A stretch of DNA of 64,000 nt from a virus, in the IMG/VR virus record IMGVR_UViG_3300037189_023236; one strand, 5' to 3'. A program made the translations under genes and the position numbers. The notes beneath the pieces were generated by a model that was not told the origin of the DNA, ran no database searches, and saw nothing but the letters and a program-made list of their open reading frames with translations. Shown here piece after piece: positions 50,457 through 60,681 of this stretch. How positions within the stretch are numbered: the stretch's first letter is position 1; every line of letters starts with the position of its first letter.

Positions 50457-51413
50457 TCACCCGCATGTATTGCATCCGGCGTCTCCCAGCCGGCTACCGA
50501 GCACGACAAGGCTCATTTGTGTTACTTCTGAACTTAACCTTGTCACGAAATTTTGCATAGTCGATACGCCGTCGCTAAAGCGATCTATCTGCGTTTTAAT
50601 CGCATCAAGTTCTGCGCAACCGCAACACGGCACGGCACAAACATCGGCAAGTTGAATGCCGTTTCCGCTCGCGCTTACGTTAATGCACTCGTTTCCGGCT
50701 ATTGTAAAATTACCGTCATCGGAGCAGACGCCGTTTATGCAGCGAATGCACTCGCCGGTATTGTTTATATCGCAATCGCAAGTGGCGTTGAGGTTCAAAC
50801 CCGAAATTGCGTTTAGTGTTATTCTGGGCCGGCCGCTTGTCAGGTTAACGGCGTAATCTATCCGCATGTTCGTCCCGGCTACTAGCTCTACGTCGCCGTA
50901 TATGTCTGGGCTTATTTCTTGCCCGTTTATAACTCGAATTGCAGACACGCCGCGAATAAGCGGTCGAATTGTGTCCGTTTCAAGTTCGCCGGCAGCCTTT
51001 GTAAACGTATACAAGCCGGCAGGTAGCGTGTCGATCTCGTCAAGACGCCCAATAACGATTTGACCGATTGTGTCAGCAAAATCGTTAATACCGCCAAGTG
51101 CGTACGTATTATTTGCTGTATGCGTCGCTTTGGCGATATTGGCGCTGGCTACAAGTATTGTTTCTTCAGTCGTCGGGTCAAAGTAACCGATACCGACTGC
51201 GTAGCCGGTTGGCGAAATTAGCAGCGTGTTTACAAAAAATTGGTCAGTTTGTACGTTTAGCCCGGCGTGTATCGGCAGGTATAGCGCGACAATGAAACTG
51301 TCTGGAATACGGACAGTTTCCGTAGTGTCAACCTTGCTCGAGCGTTCTGTAAGCGGGTAAGAGCGCTGCGAGTTGTGGTTGAGCCATTGTAAATTCCAGT
51401 TTCCAATTGGCAT
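50457..51413 (-). CDS. Tail/baseplate-associated protein, paralogous YP/ING family
   Basis: WLNHNSQRSYPL ... CINGV.SDDGNF ... PCCGC.EL. Confidence 0.7.
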   Translation of the reverse strand: MPIGNWNLQWLNHNSQRSYPLTERSSKVDTTETVRIPDSFIVALYLPIHAGLNVQTDQFFVNTLLISPTGYAVGIGYFDPTTEETILVASANIAKATHTANNTYALGGINDFADTIGQIVIGRLDEIDTLPAGLYTFTKAAGELETDTIRPLIRGVSAIRVINGQEISPDIYGDVELVAGTNMRIDYAVNLTSGRPRITLNAISGLNLNATCDCDINNTGECIRCINGVCSDDGNFTIAGNECINVSASGNGIQLADVCAVPCCGCAELDAIKTQIDRFSDGVSTMQNFVTRLSSEVTQMSLVVLGSRLGDAGCNTCG

Positions 51414-51425
51414 GGCAGCTCAACA

Positions 51426-53303
51426 TTATGTAGACGTTGTTACAATTCCTGCCAGCCGTAATAGCCCGATTTCTGCGGTGTATGCGTCAGCTACGCCGCC
51501 GATTAGTGGGCGGCGAAGTGTCACGAGCACCGTGTCGCCTTCAGCCACTGCGAAAGACGCGCTTTCAATTTCAATAGCTACGTCTTGCGTGGCGCTTACG
51601 GCAGAATTAAATGTCAGCGCCGGCGTTACGTCAGACACTACGAGCGCTACTCCGCCGGTGCCTGGTCGCGGCAATCGTCGATAGGTGAGCTCCATCGCGG
51701 GAAGCGTTGCAGTTTTTCGCCCGAACAGCTGCGCGCGAATTTTCATAACAAGTCCCGTACCAAGTCCTGCGGCGGGCACATTAAGCCGCACGCGCACAGA
51801 CGAGTCTTGACCTTGCGGAAACCCAAGATAGGGTATGTCGTTATACAGCCGCTCAACCACGTCGCTCAGCCGAATAATTTGCGGCGCTATGTCGCGTTCG
51901 ACAAGCGCGTCGTTGAAAGAAATTTTGACAAGACCTTGTTTTGCCGTTACGACGGCTGTCGGACTAAACCCAAGCGCTGTTTTTTCTGCTGTCGTTAACG
52001 TTCTTGTGTACGTCGACGTTGGCGTGTTTACGCTGCTAACTACAATAGCCGGCGAACCGCTAACAATACCCTCAGTAACCCAACCCTCTCGCAGCTTGTA
52101 GCCGTCTTCTACGGCTTTAAACACTTTTCCGCCGTCGAGCAGCGGCGGTTTGATCGCCAGGTTTAAATTGAGATCTATTTCAAGATCGCCTGTTTTTGCT
52201 GGCAAGCCGTCGCAGTTCGTAATTACAATCGGGCTTCCTGGGGCGGCTTCTAGGCTTGTAACAACACTTCGATCATTGCCGAATACCATACGCAAAAATA
52301 CGACAATGACCCGCATGCGTTCGTCGCGCGGGCATTCTGGCGCCGCGCTACTACTACTAGACGAACTTGACGTAACCGATGCAGGCCACGGCACGTCGCC
52401 TACGCAGTCGCTCATCCACCAAATGCCGTTAGCGTCGCATACCGCCAAACCGTCGCTGCCGAGCGGGATTTCAGTTGCGCCGACGCGGCTGGCTCCTTTG
52501 TCCCAAAGCATAGCTACGGCAGACACCGGTATTGGCGGCCACACACGCGAGACGGCCTCGTGCGCCGCGAGGTTGTATCCAAATACGGCGCCAGCCGGGG
52601 CTTTTCCGTTAAAGCTAGCGTGATTCGCCGGCAGCCAACCTTGCTTTGTTACGTCAGGACTGGTTATTGCGTATCGGTTGTTACTAACCGTCGCGGTGCC
52701 AGCGGGTTGTGATACAAGCTCAAACCGATAATGGATGTGATCCTCTAGGAAGTCGCGCACTTGCGGCATAACGACAACCCACGGATCCGCCGCGCAATTA
52801 TCCTTCGGCCCCTGTATGTAACAAACCGATACAGTTGCCGGCGGCCGCTGTTTTGTTAATTTACCAGCAGCCTCAGACGATAAATAATAACGGCCCGCAG
52901 TTATGGTGCCGTCAACAGCGTTGGTAAGGCCGGGTAGCTTTACAATTCCGCGCAATACAATGTCGCCGAGCGTGCTGCTTTTCTTTTTGTACAGCAACCC
53001 TAGGCAATCAGACGACGCCTGAACGGTTAGCGTTTGTGTTACGGTGTCGTGCTCTACTGCGGCTAATGCCTGCTCGTATCGCTGTGTTTGGTAATTCCAA
53101 AACACAGGTTGCCCTTCTAATACGTCAGGGGCAATTGTTGCGTCTACATCAAATAGCGCGCGGCCCAGAGCGGCGGCGTCAAGCCGATCTTTGAGGTAGT
53201 TTGTTCTTTCAGCCAGCGCGGCGTCTGGGCGGTTAACTACGCCCGACTGTACCGGTTCGCCCGGCGCCACATGGCGAATGTTGTATAGCCAATTGTTGGA
53301 CAT
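51426..53303 (-). CDS. Tail fibre/baseplate structural protein
   Basis: GEPV...VNRP...LAERT.YLK N-terminus typical of fibre anchors; G.YYLS....GKLT...P. Confidence 0.65.
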   Translation of the reverse strand: MSNNWLYNIRHVAPGEPVQSGVVNRPDAALAERTNYLKDRLDAAALGRALFDVDATIAPDVLEGQPVFWNYQTQRYEQALAAVEHDTVTQTLTVQASSDCLGLLYKKKSSTLGDIVLRGIVKLPGLTNAVDGTITAGRYYLSSEAAGKLTKQRPPATVSVCYIQGPKDNCAADPWVVVMPQVRDFLEDHIHYRFELVSQPAGTATVSNNRYAITSPDVTKQGWLPANHASFNGKAPAGAVFGYNLAAHEAVSRVWPPIPVSAVAMLWDKGASRVGATEIPLGSDGLAVCDANGIWWMSDCVGDVPWPASVTSSSSSSSSAAPECPRDERMRVIVVFLRMVFGNDRSVVTSLEAAPGSPIVITNCDGLPAKTGDLEIDLNLNLAIKPPLLDGGKVFKAVEDGYKLREGWVTEGIVSGSPAIVVSSVNTPTSTYTRTLTTAEKTALGFSPTAVVTAKQGLVKISFNDALVERDIAPQIIRLSDVVERLYNDIPYLGFPQGQDSSVRVRLNVPAAGLGTGLVMKIRAQLFGRKTATLPAMELTYRRLPRPGTGGVALVVSDVTPALTFNSAVSATQDVAIEIESASFAVAEGDTVLVTLRRPLIGGVADAYTAEIGLLRLAGIVTTST

Positions 53304-53326
53304 CCTTGTCCTCCAAGCGTTAAAGC

Positions 53327-53962
53327 TTATTCAAATGCGATGTCCCACGTAATGCCGATCTGCGACGAGGCCTCTTTGCTTGTTTGATCACCGGCGTCTA
53401 GGTTTATCTTGGCGAATATAAGATCGCGTGTTCTGTCTGCAAAACGCGGCATAGCGACTAACGCAGCCGAAAAGATCTTGCTGTTGACTAAATGACTGAA
53501 ATTTTTACCGTGAACGCCTTGCGTACCAGCAGTCTGCGCAAAAAACGTAAGCTGATTGCTCAAGCCGGCGGTGTTTAAAACTGTTTCGCCGGTGCTGCCT
53601 GGCATAACACTTAGTGTCGGTTCCAGCCGTAACGGCACGCGCAGGAAGTCGCGTTTCGGATCGGAGGCCAGCGCGTTGTAATAGCCAAGCCCGACGGTAC
53701 GATCAAAAGTGCTTGTAGTTACTGCAACCGCTGGGTCGGTTTGGTTTTCGTACTCAAAGTACATGCCCGAAATGAAATAATCGTCTCGATCTGGCTGGCG
53801 CCTAAAGCCGAGCTGCTTTGCCGCGATATGGCCCCACCAAACTTGAATCTGATTTGATTTAGCCGCAATGGGCGTACGAGTGCCCGTGTTTTCATCTATG
53901 CGCCATACGGTTACATGCCCGCGAACGCTGAAATTACCAGGAATTAGTGAATCGGCCGGCAT
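53327..53962 (-). CDS. Baseplate-associated structural protein
   Basis: Position in module; C-terminal IFAK..K..S.QIGITW.I.F. Confidence 0.55.
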   Translation of the reverse strand: MPADSLIPGNFSVRGHVTVWRIDENTGTRTPIAAKSNQIQVWWGHIAAKQLGFRRQPDRDDYFISGMYFEYENQTDPAVAVTTSTFDRTVGLGYYNALASDPKRDFLRVPLRLEPTLSVMPGSTGETVLNTAGLSNQLTFFAQTAGTQGVHGKNFSHLVNSKIFSAALVAMPRFADRTRDLIFAKINLDAGDQTSKEASSQIGITWDIAFE

Positions 53963-53971
53963 GGCGTATCC

Positions 53972-55561
53972 TTATTGGCAGGTTCCCGACACGGTTCTAA
54001 CGATAACACCCCTGTCCGTCACCAATGAATTGGCGACGGAATCAGTTAATGGCTCTGCCGCTTTGAAAAAATCGATGGTTTCAAACAGTGAGTTATTGGC
54101 CGTAATTTGGTGCTTTTTACTGCTTAACGCGTATACCAGAAACAGCGCTGAGCCTGGCGGCAATAATTGCCGCACATGACGAATATTGTACAGTCCGAGA
54201 TGATTTTTCCCCAATCGGGAAACCTGTACTTTGGCTATTATCGCGTTATTGCGGAATACGTTTTTTACGAGAAATTCAAGCGGATTTATCGTCGTCGGCA
54301 GGTCGGACGCTGCCGGTTCCCCTATCGGAGTTTTACGACGATCGAGGATGTGCGCCAGCGTGCCTAACCGGCGATTAAGCCCAGTCGGGTCACATTCTGG
54401 CGGCGTTTGCGGAATTTGCTCAATTCCGCGCGCGTGCATCTCGTCAAAAAAGCGCTGTACATCGCTGGGCAAACCGCTGAGCGGAAAACTGATATAAGTA
54501 AAGCCGCTGGGGTGCTCGGCATCAACGTCGAGCGGAACCGATTTGTTTTCGAAAATTAAGTCGCCGTAAAAACAGGCGGCCGTAAAACCAGAGTCAACAG
54601 CGAGCGCGGTTATTGCTGCGGGAACTTCGCCGCGATTTAACTCAAAAATATCAAACACGTCGACTAGCCTGTCGCCGCGTTTTAACGCGTCGCCAACCGC
54701 AACAACTGGATTTGCCTCAGCAGCAAACCTGTAGACATTTTTGTCGGTGGCTATTACGAGGCCCGCATTGTCGACGGTCATTAGCTCGACGACCTCGTTA
54801 TCTGTTTTAACAACGGGCACGTCAAAAATTGCTGCAAACACCTCCGACAAAACCGCAGAGCTAGCACCTCCGGCGACTAACCCGTCAATTACAGCGTTAA
54901 CAAGGTTTTTTGCGTTTTCTGAACTAGGTAGATTGATATTGACGGCGTATGCAAACTGTTGAAATACGTACTGATAGTCAAATTGCGCTTTAAACGCCCA
55001 CAGGGTTATCTCTTCGTCGACAAGTTTGTCGCCATCGTATATGGGGCGCCGCGTTACTGTCGTGCTGGCAAATGGATCGGATACGAACAAAATTGTGCTG
55101 GTACGGGTGTCGATAACAAAATCAACGCCGCCAGCTAGCGAAAACGTCGGGAACAGCAGCCGATCGAAAAGCTGCGCCGGCGTCCTTACGTCGCGCGATA
55201 CCGGAAACGCAAAAAAATCCTTTCCAGTAAACGCATCAAATGCCAGCTGCGGCGCTCCGTCAAATTCAAACGCGCCTTCGTCAAATCGGTACTGGTTTGC
55301 GGCTGTTACATTTGTGTCGCTTTTACGCAATACAATCGGGTACCAGTTCTCAGTATGAAAAACTGGAATTTCAAAGCGGCTTAGCGCGGCAACAGTCTCG
55401 AGCAGATTTAGCTGCGTTTGAGCTACGGCGGCAGCTGTAGCGCGCGTATACGAATGTAGCTGGTCAACACCCTCATACGTGCGCGCCCAAAAACTGCCTA
55501 GCACCGCCAGCAGCGACTCGCGCCTATCAATATCGGATGATGGGTATGTGAATGTCTGCAT
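53972..55561 (-). CDS. Baseplate wedge-like protein
   Basis: Directly follows baseplate J; LGSFW N-terminus and ..LLP.. C-terminal pattern. Confidence 0.55.
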   Translation of the reverse strand: MQTFTYPSSDIDRRESLLAVLGSFWARTYEGVDQLHSYTRATAAAVAQTQLNLLETVAALSRFEIPVFHTENWYPIVLRKSDTNVTAANQYRFDEGAFEFDGAPQLAFDAFTGKDFFAFPVSRDVRTPAQLFDRLLFPTFSLAGGVDFVIDTRTSTILFVSDPFASTTVTRRPIYDGDKLVDEEITLWAFKAQFDYQYVFQQFAYAVNINLPSSENAKNLVNAVIDGLVAGGASSAVLSEVFAAIFDVPVVKTDNEVVELMTVDNAGLVIATDKNVYRFAAEANPVVAVGDALKRGDRLVDVFDIFELNRGEVPAAITALAVDSGFTAACFYGDLIFENKSVPLDVDAEHPSGFTYISFPLSGLPSDVQRFFDEMHARGIEQIPQTPPECDPTGLNRRLGTLAHILDRRKTPIGEPAASDLPTTINPLEFLVKNVFRNNAIIAKVQVSRLGKNHLGLYNIRHVRQLLPPGSALFLVYALSSKKHQITANNSLFETIDFFKAAEPLTDSVANSLVTDRGVIVRTVSGTCQ

Positions 55562-55566
55562 TGATC

Positions 55567-57228
55567 TCAGTCACCAAATCCGGCGATTACGTCAATGTCC
55601 ACTTCGATGTCGCTTTCGGCCGTTAAAAACACTACGGTTTTAGCGCTGACTAAATTATCCGGGTCGTCAGGCACTTCAATGCGCGCCGGATCGCGTAAGT
55701 AGACAACCTGCCCGTCCGGCCTAAGAATCTTTCCAAATATGTCCATGGCGCTAATTGATTGCTGTCCGGTCAGGTATTTGTGCGCAGCGCTGGTTATGAC
55801 GGACGCAGACAGCTGCCCAGAAAACCCGATCTTCGACACGGCCGACACGATAGCCGATTTGATGGCGGCAATATCGGGGTCTACTTCATTAGCCGCACGT
55901 TGAATTTTAAATCCAATTGTTGTTACGCATGGCACAGCTGCTTTTACTAGAACGTCAGCTGTCCGGCAGCGCACATCGCGGCCATTCAAGAAGTCTTGCA
56001 GCTGTCCGATTAACGGCATACCCAGCGTGGTTATTGAGTAGACAGCCGTACTTTGCCGCGAGACTAAATTTGTTGGCGGCGTGTCGGCGTCGATAAACTG
56101 CAGCGTAAGCGTTCGATACCGCGTAAACGCGCTTTCTTGAAGCGTCTGTATGTCGGGCGCGTAGTCAGAGCCGGCTAAGTTATATCCGTGAGTGCGTGTT
56201 GTGATTTCGTAGCCGGCGTTTTGGTCGTCGCCAATTTTTGCAATACGCAATATGTCGTAAAAACCCGGGGCGGTGTCTTTGTCTAAAGTCACTTGCCAAA
56301 TTGTCCCGGCGGTTAAATCACCTGGAATAGCCGGGCTGATATAAAGCGCTGTTAACAGCTGCTCGATTTTTTGCGCTGTTGCGTTAGTCTGCGCGTAGAT
56401 GTCGACCCGCCCGCCGCCCGACACTGGAAATAACCCATGTTGGTCGCGTTTTTGTTCTGCGTCGCCGAAGCCGACGATAGACATATGCGCGATGTTTTGA
56501 AAATCAGGCTGGGCGCGAATTAAGGCAGTAAACGCTTTTCTACCGCCAATAGTTTTGGCAGTTAAACCGTCAGCCAGCCGCCCGATGTATTCGGAATTTG
56601 TCGCCGCGTCGGCGCCGCCGGTAAAGTCAGTCGCGGCAATAATCGAAGCTACGTTTGTCGGGGCAACAGCTGGTGTGAACTTCGTACCGCGCGTTATGTT
56701 GCCGTTACTGCCGGCCGACGTTGCGACGACTGTAATTTTAAACGCGTATGTGCCGTCGCCTACCGGTACCATGGCGCGGGCGCCGTCAAAATTAACAGGG
56801 GCGCCGGGCGGAACACCGACAAACGCACGCGCTGGTAAGAAAGATACGCCATTTGCCGTCAAATTCACGCCGGCAATCACAGGCGTATTTGTCGGCTTGT
56901 TTACAATTACTAACGCCTCGCCTGTGGCAACGGCGCCGGCGTTGCGCGTCAAATTAAAGTTCGACAATACCCGGTCGACGATATCCGCATCAGCAAGCTC
57001 GGGATTTTGTGTAATAGCCAGCAAGCTGTTACTTTGGCGTACACGGGTAACGTTTTCCTGTACCGCGGCGTTAATAGCGCTGTTAAAGTACAGCACAAGA
57101 TCGTGGAAAACACCGCGCGAGAGCTCAACTTCTGGATGTCGCTCCTTTACCCACTGCGAAAAAAGCGCGAGCAATTCCTGCACGCGGGTCGCGTCCAGTT
57201 CAGACAGGCTGTTTATTTGTAGGGCCAT
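55567..57228 (-). CDS. Baseplate J-like protein
   Basis: R..G..ATG, A..AG..GNI, FTGGAD...EY..R and GG.VDIY. Confidence 0.8.
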   Translation of the reverse strand: MALQINSLSELDATRVQELLALFSQWVKERHPEVELSRGVFHDLVLYFNSAINAAVQENVTRVRQSNSLLAITQNPELADADIVDRVLSNFNLTRNAGAVATGEALVIVNKPTNTPVIAGVNLTANGVSFLPARAFVGVPPGAPVNFDGARAMVPVGDGTYAFKITVVATSAGSNGNITRGTKFTPAVAPTNVASIIAATDFTGGADAATNSEYIGRLADGLTAKTIGGRKAFTALIRAQPDFQNIAHMSIVGFGDAEQKRDQHGLFPVSGGGRVDIYAQTNATAQKIEQLLTALYISPAIPGDLTAGTIWQVTLDKDTAPGFYDILRIAKIGDDQNAGYEITTRTHGYNLAGSDYAPDIQTLQESAFTRYRTLTLQFIDADTPPTNLVSRQSTAVYSITTLGMPLIGQLQDFLNGRDVRCRTADVLVKAAVPCVTTIGFKIQRAANEVDPDIAAIKSAIVSAVSKIGFSGQLSASVITSAAHKYLTGQQSISAMDIFGKILRPDGQVVYLRDPARIEVPDDPDNLVSAKTVVFLTAESDIEVDIDVIAGFGD

Positions 57229-57234
57229 GTTGCA

Positions 57235-57711
57235 CTAAATTTTTTGAGGTAATGTGGCTATCGGCATAACAACTGTTCGGTTGTTCCCGGCACGACTGTA
57301 TATTGCCACTTTAATGTTCGCATATCCCGGTAAAAAACTGATATCTAACAACTCGGCGTCGGCAAGGCGCTCGTCGTCGGGCCACGTGTTGTCTTCTTCT
57401 TTGTTGAGATTTACACGCGCAGTGTACGCCGCAAAATTAAACGCCACGATAACTGCGCCAGAAGTGCGAAGCCGGCCGGTACGCACTAGCGTCATGAAAT
57501 CTGTGCCGCGATCTGGCAAGCCCGGCATAGAGCCCGTCTCTGTTAAAAATTCCAGCAGCCAACGCTGCGCTAGTTTTTGCACACCTACGCATATTTGGCT
57601 TGTGCCGTCATTTGCAAATAGCAACAAACCCAGTTGGTTGTCGCCAACTGATTTGACGTTTTGTAATGCCAAAAAATCGTATTTTCGGTTTGCGTAGTCA
57701 GCGATAGCCAT
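57235..57711 (-). CDS. gp25/GPW-like baseplate wedge subunit
   Basis: G.QKLAQR.L...LT..GS....P..GT.F; P.DERL. Confidence 0.7.
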   Translation of the reverse strand: MAIADYANRKYDFLALQNVKSVGDNQLGLLLFANDGTSQICVGVQKLAQRWLLEFLTETGSMPGLPDRGTDFMTLVRTGRLRTSGAVIVAFNFAAYTARVNLNKEEDNTWPDDERLADAELLDISFLPGYANIKVAIYSRAGNNRTVVMPIATLPQKI

Positions 57712-57717
57712 ATAGCA

Positions 57718-58191
57718 CTATTCGTTTTCACCAGTGAATCCGCCGAGCACTAAAAGCGTGTCCGCAGTTTTTGACACGATCGAGAATACGCCGTGCTCGC
57801 TCATGCCGTGGCCGTGCAGCCGGCCGTGCGCTACTGCGGCGCAGCGTACTGGCGTAGCGTGTCGAACCCGAAAGGCGCGTTCTTCTGCCGCCATAAAGTC
57901 AATTTGCGTTTTTAGCGCCATGATATCGCCGTACGTGCCGCGGTTATCACTGGAAGCTGCCGCTACGTCCAGCGCATACGTTTCGTTTAATTTGTCCCTA
58001 TTCCATGCTGGTTCGTGTAAATTAGGCACGTCTAGCAGGTCCGCTTCCGCCATACTTTCTGGTGTATGCCAAGCGCGCACTGAGTCTTGCCGGCGAAACT
58101 GCGCGCTTTGCGCTCTCGCGACGCGTTCAAGATCGTCGACGCGTTCTAAAAATTTAGAATCCAGGTTGCCTTTTTTGATGCCGTGCGCCAT
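57718..58191 (-). CDS. Hypothetical protein
   Basis: Coupled to the sigma-factor gene (TAATG). Confidence 0.65.
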   Translation of the reverse strand: MAHGIKKGNLDSKFLERVDDLERVARAQSAQFRRQDSVRAWHTPESMAEADLLDVPNLHEPAWNRDKLNETYALDVAAASSDNRGTYGDIMALKTQIDFMAAEERAFRVRHATPVRCAAVAHGRLHGHGMSEHGVFSIVSKTADTLLVLGGFTGENE

Positions 58192-59009
58192 TAGAAACCC
58201 CTATTGTTGAGCATTTTTTGGATCTTAGCCGCGCGCTGACTTACAGCGCCGGGCGTAATGTTCAGCTTGCGCGCAATCTCTTGCACGCTAACTTTTTTTC
58301 TACCGTTTCGCCCAAGCGCCATGTCCATTATCAATTTATTTATCGGGTCGAGGTCTCCGTAAACAAAATCCATCCACGCATCTTGTTCGCTCATCTGGCC
58401 CGGGATTTTACTGGCAACTGCGCCGCTATCGGCATAATCGTCCGCGGTTTCAATAACAGTAGAGCCCTCTGCGATCGGTTTATGGAACGCGCGAATTTTA
58501 CCGATACGCCGTGTAGATAGGCCTGTCGCATCGGCTAGCTCGTCATCGTTGGGATCTCTGCTTAATTTGTCTCTAAGCGCGTTCTCCGCTTCTGTCAGTT
58601 TTTGAAAGTCTAAACCGACTTGTTCTGGAATCGCTATGATATTTTGTTCTTGTGCTGACAACCGGCGTAGACTCTGCAGCTGCGACAGTAAATGCGTTTT
58701 GATGTTACCGCGCGCTGGATCAAAATTTTGCATGGCGCTCAGTGCCATAAGCTTTGCTCGAGTGCGCATTGCCGAAGACGGCGTTGGGCCCACGTAGCTA
58801 GATAACGCCGTATCAATTGTTGGCTGTACTTTTTGCAACAACTGGCTGTTCAGCGTTGGTGTTTGGTTTTTCAACCACTGCGAATGCAACGCCGCAAAAT
58901 CGTCGCCGGGTTTTGGGTCGGCTTTTGAAAACGGCGGGGTAGTGTCGCCTAAAATAGACGGCATGCCGCGACTAGGCTGTGGTTGAAGTTTCGCCATTTT
59001 AACCGCCAT
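58191..59009 (-). CDS. sigma70-family (FliA/sigma28-like) RNA polymerase sigma factor
   Basis: Region 2 FDP.RG...TH, region 3 L.R.P...ELA..TG, region 4 EIA.KL.I....VSQ. Confidence 0.85.
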   Translation of the reverse strand: MAVKMAKLQPQPSRGMPSILGDTTPPFSKADPKPGDDFAALHSQWLKNQTPTLNSQLLQKVQPTIDTALSSYVGPTPSSAMRTRAKLMALSAMQNFDPARGNIKTHLLSQLQSLRRLSAQEQNIIAIPEQVGLDFQKLTEAENALRDKLSRDPNDDELADATGLSTRRIGKIRAFHKPIAEGSTVIETADDYADSGAVASKIPGQMSEQDAWMDFVYGDLDPINKLIMDMALGRNGRKKVSVQEIARKLNITPGAVSQRAAKIQKMLNNRGF

Positions 59010-60681
59010 TCGGAACAGCTAACGGGCCAGACGACCATTTGTTTGCGTACATTGGCGGCGTATCAGTTGCGTACTGCGACGCCGACGACATTTCTTCTTC
59101 TGTTTTTGTGTGCGCAATTGCGAAAGATGTGCCAGCGTTTCCGCGCTCAGCGTTTATCGCAAAAGAAACAGACATGACTGACGCGTATAAGAAATCAGTC
59201 GGGTTTGCTTCCTGCCGCCGATCTCGGATCGGCATCTCTATTTTAACAATACTGCCGGGCGCGATATCAAAACGAAGCGGGCCGGACAATTCGCCGTATC
59301 GCTGTTTCAGAATTTCCGACATATACCAGTGTTTAGCGAATCTTTGCATTATCGGCCGCACGCCGAGCACGGCCGACGCGGTGTCTCTAAGCCCGGGGGC
59401 CAACGCTGTGCCGCCGCCGTCCGGCGCGACAGTGAGGCGCGCGTTACCGCTGGAATTGCCAGCATTAAGGCCGCTGCTGCCTATTTCTGTTCCCCACCGC
59501 GGCGGTTCTTTGAAAAGTTTTAGGCCGCGTTTGTTTTGCGCGTTTTTATCGGGCCACTCGGCGCAAGGGCGATAGTAGCTTATCTTTCTATTCGGCGGGC
59601 CGGAGCCGTTTGCTAAATTTGTCTCGGAAACTAGCGGGTAGTAAACGTTTACAGATTCAATTATCTGACTCATGTTCGCATTGAAACTGGCGTAAGAATA
59701 CTCAGACGCGCGAATCACTTTATCGCCGGCAGTCCAGCGTAAGCCGCCGCAAAAAGGTATTGGAACAGCCCACGACACCGCGGGTGAAATCGCAAATAAA
59801 AAGTCGGCCGCGTATTCGCCAACTAGCTTTGCCCAAATACTGTTTTGCACAAACGATTCGCCAATTGTTTTGTCAAAGTAGGACGCTATCGAGCTGGCTA
59901 TGTTTTGATTATCAGCTGAATCAAGCGCCAAGCTCAATGGCACATAGTTAGGAGAAGCCCCCGGTATTTTTTCGAAAGCCGCTTCTGCGGCATCATTTCT
60001 ATCGCGCGGATCGGCACCTGGTGGTAAACGACTTTGCGTGGCGCCGCCGCCGAATTTTCCAAGTTCTTCGAAGATAGGTTTAATCACGTCGCCCCATAAG
60101 TCTCTCGTCAAATTAGCTACATTAGCGCGTCGGACGCCGATTGCTGGCGCCGGGCCGAACGCGTTTACACGGTCATTCACGCTTCCGTCGTATAGCGCCT
60201 GCTGTGCGTAATCGAACGGGGCGCCGGGGAACCAATTGCCATTGATTGCCGATGAGTTGTTTAAATCATCTAGCCAATGTACAAGATTTAATACATAGTT
60301 CGCGTTATTGTGTGACCGCTGATAGCCGATGCCCGCGTAATAACCTTCAAACACTGTATAGCTGCCAGATTGAAGCTTAGACGTGTCGCCAGCCCCAGGA
60401 ATTATGTCTAGCGTTACTTTAACCTTGTCGCGCATCTGCAGTTTACTTTTTGCGTCGTGTATCGTGGCTTTCGTAATGCCGCCCGTGCCGTTCACGCGAT
60501 TGCCAACTGCAACAATTAGCGAAGCTGTAGGAATAGTGTTTAACGCAAACGACGCCGACATCGACACAATGTCGTCAAACTGCGCAACAAAGGTATCGCC
60601 ACCGCTACCGCCAGGGTCGGGCGATCGGGTAAACGTGGCACTAAGCTTGAACTTTGCGGATACGTACGGTTCATTAGCCAT
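58999..60681 (-). CDS. Probable baseplate hub protein
   Basis: N-terminal IP.A.L / FEG. and C-terminal GPLRFDIAPG..VKI pattern; position in module. Confidence 0.5.
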   Translation of the reverse strand: MANEPYVSAKFKLSATFTRSPDPGGSGGDTFVAQFDDIVSMSASFALNTIPTASLIVAVGNRVNGTGGITKATIHDAKSKLQMRDKVKVTLDIIPGAGDTSKLQSGSYTVFEGYYAGIGYQRSHNNANYVLNLVHWLDDLNNSSAINGNWFPGAPFDYAQQALYDGSVNDRVNAFGPAPAIGVRRANVANLTRDLWGDVIKPIFEELGKFGGGATQSRLPPGADPRDRNDAAEAAFEKIPGASPNYVPLSLALDSADNQNIASSIASYFDKTIGESFVQNSIWAKLVGEYAADFLFAISPAVSWAVPIPFCGGLRWTAGDKVIRASEYSYASFNANMSQIIESVNVYYPLVSETNLANGSGPPNRKISYYRPCAEWPDKNAQNKRGLKLFKEPPRWGTEIGSSGLNAGNSSGNARLTVAPDGGGTALAPGLRDTASAVLGVRPIMQRFAKHWYMSEILKQRYGELSGPLRFDIAPGSIVKIEMPIRDRRQEANPTDFLYASVMSVSFAINAERGNAGTSFAIAHTKTEEEMSSASQYATDTPPMYANKWSSGPLAVPNGG

